Shown one piece after another: positions 24,204 to 38,070 of a stretch of DNA of 64,000 bases. Source of the DNA: Macrostomum lignano (taxonomy: Eukaryota); contig NIVC01001451.1 of assembly GCA_002269645.1 (NCBI GenBank), positions 1-64,000 of the forward strand, in the 5' to 3' direction. The notes beneath the pieces are model-generated. The model was given only the letters and a program-made list of their open reading frames with translations, was not told the DNA's origin and searched no databases. Position 1 is the first letter of the stretch. Each line of letters begins with the position of its first letter. The position numbers and the translations under genes are program-made.

Positions 24204-25120
24204 TTAGAGGCTTTATTGTCTGTTTACTGACTGTACTTTATGGTCTGTTTAGAGGCTGTATTGTCTGTTTAGAGGCTTTATTGTCTGTTTAGAGGCTGTA
24301 TTGTCTGTTTAGAGACTGTATTGCCTATTTAGAGACTGTATTGCCTGTTTAGAGACTGTATTGCCTATTTAGCGACTGTATTGTCTGTTTAGAGACTGAA
24401 TTGTCTGTTTAGAGACTGAATTGTCTGTTTAAAGGCTGTATTGTCTGTTTAGAGGCCGTATTGTCTGTTTAGAGGCTGCATTGTCTATTTAGAGGCTGCA
24501 TTCTCTGTTTAGAGGCTGCATTGTCTGTTTAGAGGCTTTATTGTCTGTTTAGAGGCTGTATTGTCTGTTTAGAGGCTGTATTGTCTGTTTAGAGACTGTA
24601 TTGCCTATTTAGAGACTGTATTGCCTGTTTAGAGACTGTATTGCCTATTTAGCGACTGTATTGCCTATTTAGCGACTGTATTGTCTGTTTAGAGACTGAA
24701 TTGTCTGTTTAGAGACTGAATTGTCTGTTTAAAGGCTGTATTGTCTGTTTAGAGGCCGTATTGTCTGTTTAGAGGCTGCATTGTCTATTTAGAGGCTGCA
24801 TTCTCTGTTTAGAGGCTGTATTGTCTGTTTAGAGGCTGTATTGTCTGTTTAGAGGCTGTATTGTCTGTTTAGAGGCTGCATTGTCTATTTAGAGGCTGCA
24901 TTCTCTGTTTAGAGGCTGCATTGTCTATTTAGAGACTGTATTGTCTGTTTAGAGGCTGCATTGTCTATTTAGAGGCTGCATTCTCTGTTTAGAGGCTGCA
25001 TTGTCTATTTAGAGGCTGCATTCTCTGTTTAGAGGCTGCATTGTCTATTTAGAGGCTGCATTGTCTGTTTAGAGACTGCATTTTCTGTTTAGAGGCTGTA
25101 TTTTCCTGTTTAGGGACTGC
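24204..25120 (+). repeat. 20-bp minisatellite, expanded form
   Basis: About 45 units with higher-order sub-blocks; also at about 30103-31018 and 35445-36320. Confidence 0.97.
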
Positions 25121-25298
25121 ATCATTTTATGTTAGACGACTGTATTTATTGTGTAATGTCTACTTTAAGTACTGTTATATTTATGTCCTATGAGTATAAG
25201 GAGGAACTTATGAAACATTCCTCGTAAATAGGATTTACTCAATGCACTCTCTCAGGGCTATCAGTTCATTGAGACTCTACGCGACTTTGATTTCACTC

Positions 25299-26875
25299 TC
25301 AGCCATCAGACGCTCGGGTCAAAAAAGTGGCACGCGCCAACTGTGGCAACTCACTGATACGAAGTGCTGTTCTGTACGCTGTGATCATCGAACGACATTC
25401 TGCTCGACTCATCCTGACTGTCGACACCTCCACTGCGGTGAAACTGACTCCGGTCATCACCCGTCGACACTCGTCTGTATCGAATCTGCGAGAAGAAAAA
25501 ATTTATAAGGATATAGAATATGTGTGACAAGAAAGTCCTATTAAGCATGAATACATAAAAGCAACACAATAAGTACTGTTCTCTTTGCTATTCAATTTGC
25601 GATTATCAAAATAAATGGCTTAACTGAACACCTGTCTAACCTTGTAACCTAACAAACTTTATTATATTTAATAATCAACTAAATTTGTAGAAAATCACTC
25701 ACCTTTTGGCATTTCCGAAGTCCCTCACAATTTCCTTTGAGTGTTTGTCATAAAACTCAAACAAGGCAGCAGGCTCCCGAATGGTGGTCACACTTTCGTC
25801 TCCAATCTCATCAGTCCTGGAGTAGGCACTGGAGCGGGCACAGGTTCAAACCGGGTATCGCCTTCCTTTGCATTCCTATACCAGTCAGCCAAGACTCTGG
25901 CTTCACCATCGTCACTGTTGCATTTTACGTCAGAGTTCGAGCATCCCAACGTGACGGAGCCCGAATACTCCTGCACCTTTGCTCTTCTTATGGACAAAAC
26001 ATCGCCGATGTTCCACCTGTCCACTTGAGCTGACGACGAACCCCAAAACGTGCAGCTTACAGAGCCGAAGGTTCGGTCAACCAAAGTCACTTTGGCTACG
26101 TTAACCTTCTTCCCAGCACGCGTTCGGACTTTTTCAGGCGGTTGCCTGGCGTCGATCACTCCCAGCACATCGACGATTCTGATAGTGAAAGGGAGCAGTA
26201 CTTTTTTTAACTATTTACACACTAACTTAAGCATCACATTAGATTTCTAAAGTATTTGTACACTAACAGGAGCATCATGAAACTAATAACCCAGGCTTCG
26301 TACAGTGTTGCGATGATAAATATTTTCAAACACAAGACAAACTAACTGTCACCCAAAAACACGATTACATGTACTTTAACTCCGCGATATTTGAGCACTA
26401 ATACATGACGAAAACTACTAAATCAATTAGTCACTCACCTGTCCAATCCAGTCTGTTGCAGTTGACTAGTGTAATTAATTACTGGATCTCGAGCAACCGG
26501 CACTTCGTTGCTTCTTTAGATGAAGCCCTTGGAATCCACGGAAACGGTCATCTCAAGTGGATTGTCCGTACACTTGTACTCTGGCTTGGCAGTCTTCACC
26601 ATCCCGCCGGATATGCGAACGGCTTCAGCATCGTTGCAAACTTCCCAGACAGCTTGCAGGTCCTTACCGAAGACGCTGACTCGCATCTCAGATGAGTCGT
26701 CCACCAAGATGAACGAAAACACTTGGCCCTGACCTTTGTTGTTATTATACGTGTGAACGTCTTTCAGGTTCGTCACAAGGCCAGTGACAGGCGTAGGCAT
26801 TTGACCAGCTGTCAGACCTGCAATCCCATCCTTCTTCGACTTCTTTTTCAAAGGTGACTGTGAATAAGAGGCCAT
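25299..26875 (-). pseudogene. RPA1-like OB-fold gene, unit 3 (three coding exons)
   Basis: Exons 26875-26439, 26178-25703 and 25485 downward. Introns 26438-26179 and 25702-25486 are GTGAGT..CAG. TAA at 26516-26518; 1-nt frameshift near 25815. Confidence 0.8.
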
Positions 26876-27739
26876 TTTGCACAAAGAATTATCCAACAGT
26901 CGAAAAAGGAACTGATAAAAAGTATCAATCAAACTTTTTCTAAGCAATGATAAGCTTTAACTTTAAGACAACAAAATAGGCTCAACAAATCACAAAGTAT
27001 ATATGTTGAAATAAAAGTAGCCACGAAAAAACACCACCTCCCCTCCAGCCCAGTACATTGTACTCAATTTTGCAGTCATTTTTATTTTTATTACACAATC
27101 TAATTGGCTGGACACACAACCCACCCCAATCACTCCCGTGCCCAGCATTAAAGCACACACTGCACCCTCTGCTGTAAGCTAAGGTCTCCTCACTTTTCTC
27201 ACCTGATACTTTTGATTGTTTGCTATCTCGTTTTATGGTGACACAATTCTCACCGACTGACTCAGCAAGTGTAGGCAATACTTTAAGAGTTCGCGGTTGC
27301 ATGTACTTCACTGTACAAACAAAACTTGTATGGCGCGGCTGACTGGTTCAGCCATTTTCGCACCTTCTAAGCCGGGAAAGAAAAACAGGCGACCCTCAAG
27401 TCAGGCTGCATGGCCACCAGTACGCTAGACAATTTGTAGACCAATCGCCGCTCTAAAGCCCCGACCTGCACACCCTCGCTTGCACAACCGACCAATAGGA
27501 AGCCTCAGACTTGTACAGAAAACCACCCTAAGGCTCAGCGAAGCGACGACGCACAACCCATAACCCCTATTTTATTCGCCCCTACACCTCAGTTTCAGTG
27601 CTTATATAGTCTGATTTATACATTTAGAGTCATATATTTCTATATTAGAGTCATCTAATTGTAGCCTGTTACTGACTTTCATGCTACTCGTATTATTACT
27701 GATAAATTTGCAAAAATTTTCTCCTCTTTTAATTGCCAG

Positions 27740-28482
27740 TTGTTTGTTTCTTCTGCGGAGGCCGCCACCGCGTAGCCAGCTGTAACGCTATGAAGGCCGC
27801 CGCCCGCCATTTGCAGCAGCAACAGCAGCCGCAGCAACAGCAGCCGCAGCAACAGCAGCCGCAGCAACAGCAGCCGCAGCAACAGCAGCCGCAGCAACAG
27901 CAGCCGCAGCAACAGCAGCCGCAGCAACAGCAGCCGCAGCAACAGCAGCCGCAGCAACAGCAGCCACAGCAACAGCAGCCACAGCAACAGCAGCCGCAGC
28001 AACAGCAGCCGCAGCAACAGCAGCCGCAGCAACAGCAGCCGCAGCAACAGCAGCCACAGCAACAGCAGCCGCAGCAACAGCAGCCGCAGCAACAGCAGCC
28101 GCAGCAACAGCAGCCGCAGCAACAGCAGCCGCAGCAACAGCAGCCGCAGCAACAGCAGCCGCAGCAACAGCAGCCACAGCAACAGCAGCCGCAGCAACAG
28201 CAGCCGCAGCAACAGCAGCCGCAGCAACAGCAGCCGCAGCAACAGCAGCCGCAGCAACAGCAGCCGCAGCAACAGCAGCCGCAGCAACAGCAGCCGCAGC
28301 AACAGCAGCCGCAGCAACAGCAGCCGCAGCAACAGCAGCCGCAGCAACAGCAGCCGCAGCAACAGCAGCCGCAGCAACAGCAGCCGCAGCAACAGCAGCC
28401 ACAGCAACAGCAGCCGCAGCAACAGCAGCCGCAGCAACAGCAGCCGCAGCAGCCATCGCCACGCAGAATGAAAATTGACTAA
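27740..28482 (+). pseudogene. Zinc-knuckle/(QQQQP)42 exon, unit 3
   Basis: As unit 1, with one extra 15-bp unit. Confidence 0.7.
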
Positions 28483-31196
28483 AAATTTTAATAATACAAT
28501 AGTAACAATTTACTGAACGTTTTTTGACTTTTGATTAAAATCCGTGATAGACTTATTTAATTTTTCGAACTTTTGAAACGATGACGCACCAGTGAAAAGT
28601 TTTGATAACAGAATGTTCTAATGACGTGAAATATTTGGAGTAAAATTCATTTCCGCCATAGGATGTCATTACAAAGAAGGACCCTACATATACACGTACC
28701 ATTTCATACTTGCATACAGAACGAAAAAAGAATGGAATACATTTTTAATTAATAAATAAGCTACATGAACTAAGTCATAAACAAACCCTAACCCTAACCC
28801 TAGCCCTAACGCCAATCTGAACACTAACCCTATACAAGCCTAACCTTAAAACCAAACCTATGGCCTGGCATCTGCATAAGTTTGTGAACCGCACCAGTAC
28901 AAAGTTTTGTGAACAGAATATTCTAATGCCATGAAATATTCGAAGTACAAATTTTCGCCATAGCATGTCATTAAAAAGAATGACCGTTGCATATACACTT
29001 ACCATTTCATACTTGCTTACTTTGAAAGTAGAACAATACGAAACTGCATGAATGAATTCGCCGAACTATTAAACATTTCTGTAAGTTTTACGATTATTAT
29101 ACACAGTACAAAAAACTGTTTTATCCATTTTTAACTGCTATAACTAACAAAGAAGCAAACGGCAACAAAAACAATGTGCTTTTAATTAAATTTTAAACAA
29201 CCGAAAATTGACGTTCAGCAGTTAAAACAATATTTAAACCAACCCATGTATTTATTCAAATGATATGATATGATCTTCTGCTGCTAATACGAGCGTAGCA
29301 AGTGAAAATTTGCAATAATGTAATAATTTATTAACAAAAGGATCGACTGTCGCTTCAGCAGATGATGCCATCGACAAGCAGCCAGTATAGCTTTAGCGGT
29401 ACAAAAATTTACATGTATATGCCATCCTGACTACCTGCCGACTCGCGTCACTGCTCAATTGCATGCATTCGGTGTAAGCAAATGTAGAGACATTCATTCT
29501 CAAACCAAACATTGAGTCGCTCAGCTCTGCTTAAGGCTGCTACAGAGCTTGACTGCAAATGCTCCTTTTAGAGTCTGGAACCACAGGGTATATAGAGCAG
29601 CTCCTATACACCATTCACAAACTCTTTTAGCCCAGTTAAGATGCAGTCAACCTACTCTCAATGAGGGCTGCTTCATAAATTCCAATTATACATACATGTT
29701 TGACCTGCTTATACCTGTACTATTTCTGTTTACTGACTGTATTTTATGGTCTGTTTAGAGGCTGTATTTTATGGTCTGTTTAAACCCCAAAAGACTAACG
29801 CAGAATAAAAGCAAGTGGCACAAAAGACCGGCAGACGCGGCCCAGAAAGGGAAAACGAACCCCTTAAGCGACGAAATATATTGATTTTGTAATTTAAAAG
29901 AGAAAAAAATATTTTGCCAAAATTACGCCGACTCAGCGGCCGCGACGCGTGACTAAATAGCACAGAGCGGGGGGAGGCTGCCCTAAGCCCTGCACGCACG
30001 CAGAGCACCAGCACCCCACCAACCCACCAAAGCGAGGCCAGGCCGGCGCGGGGGGGGGTTTAAAACCAGTTAAAGTCAGATACCTGCCTCAAACTGACGT
30101 ATTAGAGGCTTTATTGTCTGTTTACTGACTGTACTTTATGGTCTGTTTAGAGGCTGTATTGTCTGTTTAGAGGCTTTATTGTCTGTTTAGAGGCTGTATT
30201 GTCTGTTTAGAGACTGTATTGCCTATTTAGAGACTGTATTGCCTGTTTAGAGACTGTATTGCCTATTTAGCGACTGTATTGTCTGTTTAGAGACTGAATT
30301 GTCTGTTTAGAGACTGAATTGTCTGTTTAAAGGCTGTATTGTCTGTTTAGAGGCCGTATTGTCTGTTTAGAGGCTGCATTGTCTATTTAGAGGCTGCATT
30401 CTCTGTTTAGAGGCTGCATTGTCTGTTTAGAGGCTTTATTGTCTGTTTAGAGGCTGTATTGTCTGTTTAGAGGCTGTATTGTCTGTTTAGAGACTGTATT
30501 GCCTATTTAGAGACTGTATTGCCTGTTTAGAGACTGTATTGCCTATTTAGCGACTGTATTGCCTATTTAGCGACTGTATTGTCTGTTTAGAGACTGAATT
30601 GTCTGTTTAGAGACTGAATTGTCTGTTTAAAGGCTGTATTGTCTGTTTAGAGGCCGTATTGTCTGTTTAGAGGCTGCATTGTCTATTTAGAGGCTGCATT
30701 CTCTGTTTAGAGGCTGTATTGTCTGTTTAGAGGCTGTATTGTCTGTTTAGAGGCTGTATTGTCTGTTTAGAGGCTGCATTGTCTATTTAGAGGCTGCATT
30801 CTCTGTTTAGAGGCTGCATTGTCTATTTAGAGACTGTATTGTCTGTTTAGAGGCTGCATTGTCTATTTAGAGGCTGCATTCTCTGTTTAGAGGCTGCATT
30901 GTCTATTTAGAGGCTGCATTCTCTGTTTAGAGGCTGCATTGTCTATTTAGAGGCTGCATTGTCTGTTTAGAGACTGCATTTTCTGTTTAGAGGCTGTATT
31001 TTCCTGTTTAGGGACTGCATCATTTTATGTTAGACGACTGTATTTATTGTGTAATGTCTACTTTAAGTACTGTTATATTTATGTCCTATGAGTATAAGGA
31101 GGAACTTATGAAACATTCCTCGTAAATAGGATTTACTCAATGCACTCTCTCAGGGCTATCAGTTCATTGAGACTCTACGCGACTTTGATTTCACTC

Positions 31197-32768
31197 TCAG
31201 CCATCAGACGCTCGGGTCAAAAAAGTGGCACGCGCCAACTGTGGCAACTCACTGATACGAAGTGCTGTTCTGTACGCTGTGATCATCGAACGACATTCTG
31301 CTCGACTCATCCTGACTGTCGACACCTCCACTGCGGTGAAACTGACTCCGGTCATCACCCGTCGACACTCGTCTGTATCGAATCTGCGAGAAGAAAAAAT
31401 TTATAAGGATATAGAATATGTGTGACAAGAAAGTCCTATTAAGCATGAATACATAAAAGCAACACAATAAGTACTGTTCTCTTTGCTATTCAATTTGCGA
31501 TTATCAAAATAAATGGCTTAACTGAACACCTGTCTAACCTTGTAACCTAACAAACTTTATTATATTTAATAATCAACTAAATTTGTAGAAAATCACTCAC
31601 CTTTTGGCATTTCCGAAGTCCCTCACAATTTCCTTTGAGTGTTTGTCATAAAACTCAAACAAGGCAGCAGGCTCCCGAATGGTGGTCACACTTTCGTCTC
31701 CAATCTCATCAGTCCTGGAGTAGGCACTGGAGCGGGCACAGGTTCAAACCGGGTATCGCCTTCCTTTGCATTCCTATACCAGTCAGCCAAGACTCTGGCT
31801 TCACCATCGTCACTGTTGCATTTTACGTCAGAGTTCGAGCATCCCAACGTGACGGAGCCCGAATACTCCTGCACCTTTGCTCTTCTTATGGACAAAACAT
31901 CGCCGATGTTCCACCTGTCCACTTGAGCTGACGACGAACCCCAAAACGTGCAGCTTACAGAGCCGAAGGTTCGGTCAACCAAAGTCACTTTGGCTACGTT
32001 AACCTTCTTCCCAGCACGCGTTCGGACTTCTTCAGACGGTTGCCTGGCGTCGATCACTCCCAGCACATCGACGATTCTGATAGTGAAAGGGAGCAATACT
32101 TTTTTTAACTATTTACACACTAACTTAAGCATCACATTAGATTTCTATTTGTACACTAACAGTAGCATCATGAAGCTAATAACCCAGGCTTCGTACAGTG
32201 TTGCGATGATAAATATTTTCAAACACAAGGCAAACTAACTGTCACCCAAAAACACGATTACATGTACTTTCACTCCACGATATTTGAGCACTAATACATG
32301 ACGAAAACTACTAAATCAATTAGTCACTCACCTGTCCAATCCAGTCTGTTGCAGTTGACTAGTGTAATTAATTACTGGATCTCGAGCAACCGGCACTTCG
32401 TTGCTTCTTTAGATGAAGCCCTTGGAATCCACGGAAACGGTCATCTCAAGTGGATTGTCCGTACACTTGTACTCTGGCTTGGCAGTCTTCACCATCCCGC
32501 CGGATATGCGAACGGCTTCAGCATCGTTGCAAACTTCCCAGACAGCTTGCAGGTCCTTACCGAAGACGCTGACTCGCATCTCAGATGAGTCGTCCACCAA
32601 GATGAACGAAAACACTTGGCCCTGACCTTTGTTGTTATTATACGTGTGAACGTCTTTCAGGTTCGTCACAAGGCCAGTGACAGGCGTAGGCATTTGACCA
32701 GCTGTCAGACCTGCAATCCCATCCTTCTTCGACTTCTTTTTCAAAGGTGACTGTGAATAAGAGGCCAT
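31197..32768 (-). pseudogene. RPA1-like OB-fold gene, unit 4
   Basis: Same exon structure and lesions as unit 3, with a few substitutions (e.g. QPSEEV for QPPEKV). Confidence 0.8.
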
Positions 32769-33333
32769 TTTGCACAAAGAATTATCCAACAGTCGAAAAA
32801 GGAACTGATAAAAAGTATCAATCAAACTTTTTCTAAGCAATGATAAGCTTTAACTTTAAGACAACAAAATAGGCTCAACAAATCACAAAGTATATATGTT
32901 GAAATAAAAGTAGCCACGAAAAAACACCACCTCCCCTCCAGCCCAGTACATTGTACTCAATTTTGCATTCATTTTTATTTTTATTACACAATCTAATTGG
33001 CTGGACACACAACCCACCCCAATCACTCCCGTGCCCAGCATTAAAGCACACACTGCACCCTCTGCTGTAAGCTAAGGTCTCCTCACTTTTCTCACCTGAT
33101 ACTTTTGTTTGTTTGCTATCTCGTTTTATGGTGACACAATTCTCACCGACTGACTCAGCAAGTGTAGGCAATACTTTAAGAGTTCGCGGTCGCATGTACT
33201 TCACTGTACAAACAAAACTTGTATGGCGCGGCTGACTGGTTCAGCCATTTTCGCACCTTCTAAGCCGGGAAAGAAAAACAGGCGACCCTCAAGTCAGGCT
33301 GCATGGCCACCAGTACGCTAGACAATTTGTAGA

Positions 33334-33502
33334 CCAATCGCCGCTCTAAAGCCCCGACCTGCACACCCTCGCTTGCACAACCGACCAATAGGAAGCCTCA
33401 GACTTGTACAGAAAACCACCCTAAGGCTCAGCGAAGCGACGACGCACAACCCATAACCCCTATTTTATTCGCCCCTACACCTCAGTTTCAGTGCCTATAT
33501 AG
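33334..33502 (+). promoter_or_regulatory. Candidate bidirectional promoter core (paired CCAAT boxes + TATA-like)
   Basis: CCAAT at 33334 and 33385, and TATATAG at 33496, about 25 nt before TCATAAT. A YY1-like CCATTTT lies just left, at the RPA-like 5' end. The CCAAT pair is present in every complete unit (e.g. 17105 and 17156). Confidence 0.5.
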
Positions 33503-33541
33503 TCTGATTCGTTTTTAGAGTCATAATAATAAAAAAATAAG

Positions 33542-34115
33542 ATGCATATTACACAAATATTCGGCGGCGGTAGAAGGCGAGGCGGCAGCGGTAGGCGAGG
33601 CGGCTGGCAGCGCGGCAGCGGCCCACGCGGAAAGAGTAGTGAGTACCTTCCTAAGACACTGTAAATCTTCAGCTTTGAGTACATTCGAGTATAGTCCTAA
33701 ATTTAATCTAATTGTAGCCTGTTACCGACTTTCATGCTACTCGTATTATTACTGATAAATTTTGCAAAAATTTCCCTTCTTTTAATTGCCAGTCGTTTGT
33801 TTCTTCTGCGGAGGCCGCCACCGCGTAGCCAGCTGCAACGCGATGAAGGCCGCCGCCCGCCTTCTGCAGCAGCAACAGCAGCAGCAACAGCAGCAGCAGC
33901 AGCCGCAGCAGCCGCAGCAACAGGAGCAGCCGCAGCAACAGCAGCAGCATCAGCAGCCGCAGCAACAGCAGCAGCAGCAGCCGCAGCAGCAGCAACAGCA
34001 GCCGCAGCAACAGCAGCAGCAGCAGCCGCAGCAGCAGCAACAGCAGCAGCAGCAGCCGCAGCAGCAGCAACAGCAGCCGCAGCAACAGCAGCCGCAGCCA
34101 ATGAATTTCCAATGA
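33542..34115 (+). CDS. Two-exon RGG-rich / CCHC zinc-knuckle / polyQ protein (139 aa), unit 4
   Basis: Exon 1 33542-33638 (MHITQIFGGGRRRGGSGRRGGWQRGSGPRGKS), donor GTGAGT in phase 1. Intron 33639-33792 with a pyrimidine tract and CAG. Exon 2 33793-34115 (IVCFFCGGRHRVASC, then a Q/P tract). AATAAA at 34137. Confidence 0.75.
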
Positions 34116-36498
34116 ATATTTATTTTAATATATATAAATAAACTATATCTTAGTAAACTATATTACTTTTTTGACTTTTGATTAAAATCCGCGATAGACT
34201 TATTTATTTTTTTGGACTTTTGAAAGAATGGCGCACCAGTACAAAGTTTTGTGAACAGAATATTCTAATGCCATGAAATATTCAAAGTATAATTCATTCT
34301 CACCATAGCATGTCATGACAAAGAATGACCGTACATACACACCTACCATTTCATACTGGCTTACTTTGAAAGTAGAACAATACGAAACTGCATGAATGAA
34401 TTCGCCGAACTATTAAACATTTATAAGTTTTTCGATTATTATACACAGTACAAAAAACTGTTTTATCCATCTTTAACTGCTATAACTAACAAAGAAGCAA
34501 ACGGCAAATTAAATTTTAAACTATTAACAACCACAAATTGAAGTTTAAAAATTGAAACAAAAGTTAAACAAACACTTGTATTTATTCCAACGATATATGT
34601 ATGATCTGCTTCTGACTACTAACGCTGAGCAAGTTTAATATTTCGTACAGATATTGAAAAATGTAATAATTTATTACAAAAGGATCGACTGTCGCTTCAG
34701 CAGATGATGCCATCGACAAGCAGCCAGTATAGCTTTAGCGGTACAAAAATTTACATGTATATGCCATCCTGACTACCTGCCGACTCGCGTCACTGCTCAA
34801 TTGCATGCATTCGGTGTAAGCAAATGTAGAGACATTCATTCTCAAACCAAACATTAAGTCGCTCAGCTCTGCTTAAGGCTGCTACAGAGCTTGACTGCAA
34901 ATGCTCCTTTTAGAGTCTGGAACCACAGGGTATATAGAGCAGCTCCTATACACCATTCACAAACTCTTTTAGCCCAGTTAAGATGCAGTCAACCTACTCT
35001 CAATGAGGGCTGCTTCATAAATTCCAATTATACATACATGTTTGACCTGCTTATACCTGTACTATTTCTGTTTACTGACTGTATTTTATGGTCTGTTTAG
35101 AGGCTGTATTTTATGGTCTGTTTAAACCCCAAAAGACTAACGCAGAATAAAAGCAAGTGGCACAAAAGACCGGCAGACGCGGCCCAGAAAGGGAAAACGA
35201 ACCCCTTAAGCGACGAAATATATTGATTTTGTAATTTAAAAGAGAAAAAAATATTTTGCCAAAATTACGCCGACTCAGCGGCCGCGACGCGTGACTAAAT
35301 AGCACAGAGCGGGGGGAGGCTGCCCTAAGCCCTGCACGCACGCAGAGCACCAGCACCCCACCAACCCACCAAAGCGAGGCCAGGCCGGCGCGGGGGGGGG
35401 TTTAAAACCAGTTAAAGTCAGATACCTGCCTCAAACTGACGTATTAGAGGCTTTATTGTCTGTTTACTGACTGTACTTTATGGTCTGTTTAGAGGCTGTA
35501 TTGTCTGTTTAGAGGCTTTATTGTCTGTTTAGAGGCTGTATTGTCTGTTTAGAGACTGTATTGCCTATTTAGAGACTGTATTGCCTGTTTAGAGACTGTA
35601 TTGCCTATTTAGAGACTGTATTGTCTGTTTAGAGACTGAATTGTCTGTTTAGAGACTGAATTGTCTGTTTAAAGGCTGTATTGTCTGTTTAGAGGCCGTA
35701 TTGTCTGTTTAGAGGCTGCATTGTCTATTTAGAGGCTGCATTCTCTGTTTAGAGGCTGCATTGTCTGTTTAGAGACTGTATTGTCTATTTAGAGGCTGCA
35801 TTCTCTGTTTAGAGGCTGTATTGTCTGTTTAGAGACTGTATTGTCTATTTAGAGGCTGCATTCTCTGTTTAGAGGCTGCATTGTCTATTTAGAAGCTGCA
35901 TTCTCTGTTTAGAGGCTGTATTGTCTGTTTAGAGACTGTATTGTCTATTTAGAGGCTGCATTCTCTGTTTAGAGGCTGCATTGTCTATTTAGAGGCTGCA
36001 TTCTCTGTTTAGAGGCTGTATTGTCTGTTTAGAGGCTGTATTGTCTGTTTAGAGGCTGTATTGTCTGTTTAGAGGCTGCATTGTCTATTTAGAGGCTGCA
36101 TTCTCTGTTTAGAGGCTGCATTGTCTATTTAGAGACTGTATTGTCTGTTTAGAGGCTGCATTGTCTATTTAGAGGCTGCATTCTCTGTTTAGAGGCTGCA
36201 TTGTCTATTTAGAGGCTGCATTCTCTGTTTAGAGGCTGCATTGTCTATTTAGAGGCTGCATTGTCTGTTTAGAGACTGCATTTTCTGTTTAGAGGCTGTA
36301 TTTTCCTGTTTAGGGACTGCATCATTTTATGTTAGACGACTGTATTTATTGTGTAATGTCTACTTTAAGTACTGTTATATTTATGTCCTATGAGTATAAG
36401 GAGGAACTTATGAAACATTCCTCGTAAATAGGATTTACTCAATGCACTCTCTCAGGGCTATCAGTTCATTGAGACTCTACGCGACTTTGATTTCACTC

Positions 36499-38070
36499 TC
36501 AGCCATCAGACGCTCGGGTCAAAAAAGTGGCACGCGCCAACTGTGGCAACTCACTGATACGAAGTGCTGTTCTGTACGCTGTGATCATCGAACGACATTC
36601 TGCTCGACTCATCCTGACTGTCGACACCTCCACTGCGGTGAAACTGACTCCGGTCATCACCCGTCGACACTCGTCTGTATCGAATCTGCGAGAAGAAAAA
36701 ATTTATAAGGATATAGAATATGTGTGACAAGAAAGTCCTATTAAGCATGAATACATAAAAGCAACACAATAAGTACTGTTCTCTTTGCTATTCAATTTGC
36801 GATTATCAAAATAAATGGCTTAACTGAACACCTGTCTAACCTTGTAACCTAACAAACTTTATTATATTTAATAATCAACTAAATTTGTAGAAAATCACTC
36901 ACCTTTTGGCATTTCCGAAGTCCCTCACAATTTCCTTTGAGTGTTTGTCATAAAACTCAAACAAGGCAGCAGGCTCCCGAATGGTGGTCACACTTTCGTC
37001 TCCAATCTCATCAGTCCTGGAGTAGGCACTGGAGCGGGCACAGGTTCAAACCGGGTATCGCCTTCCTTTGCATTCCTATACCAGTCAGCCAAGACTCTGG
37101 CTTCACCATCGTCACTGTTGCATTTTACATCAGAGTTCGAGCATCCCAACGTGACGGAGCCCGAATACTCCTGCACCTTTGCTCTTCTTATGGACAAAAC
37201 ATCGCCGATGTTCCACCTGTCCACTTGAGCTGACGACGAACCCCAAAACGTGCAGCTTACAGAGCCGAAGGTTCGGTCAACCAAAGTCACTTTGGCTACG
37301 TTAACCTTCTTCCCAGCACGCGTTCGGACTTCTTCAGACGGTTGCCTGGCGTCGATCACTCCCAGCACATCGACGATTCTGATAGTGAAAGGGAGCAATA
37401 CTTTTTTTAACTATTTACACACTAACTTAAGCATCACATTAGATTTCTATTTGTACACTAACAGTAGCATCATGAAGCTAATAACCCAGGCTTCGTACAG
37501 TGTTGCGATGATAAATATTTTCAAACACAAGGCAAACTAACTGTCACCCAAAAACACGATTACATGTACTTTCACTCCACGATATTTGAGCACTAATACA
37601 TGACGAAAACTACTAAATCAATTAGTCACTCACCTGTCCAATCCAGTCTGTTGCAGTTGACTAGTGTAATTAATTACTGGATCTCGAGCAACCGGCACTT
37701 CGTTGCTTCTTTAGATGAAGCCCTTGGAATCCACGGAAACGGTCATCTCAAGTGGATTGTCCGTACACTTGTACTCTGGCTTGGCAGTCTTCACCATCCC
37801 GCCGGATATGCGAACGGCTTCAGCATCGTTGCAAACTTCCCAGACAGCTTGCAGGTCCTTACCGAAGACGCTGACTCGCATCTCAGATGAGTCGTCCACC
37901 AAGATGAACGAAAACACTTGGCCCTGACCTTTGTTGTTATTATACGTGTGAACGTCTTTCAGGTTCGTCACAAGGCCAGTGACAGGCGTAGGCATTTGAC
38001 CAGCTGTCAGACCTGCAATCCCATCCTTCTTCGACTTCTTTTTCAAAGGTGACTGTGAATAAGAGGCCAT
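36499..38070 (-). pseudogene. RPA1-like OB-fold gene, unit 5
   Basis: Near-identical to unit 4. Confidence 0.8.

Noticed and set aside
24204-25120. CRISPR-like appearance of the 20-bp and 22-bp arrays
   Set aside because: The units are contiguous with no unique spacers, there are no cas genes, and the context is eukaryotic.
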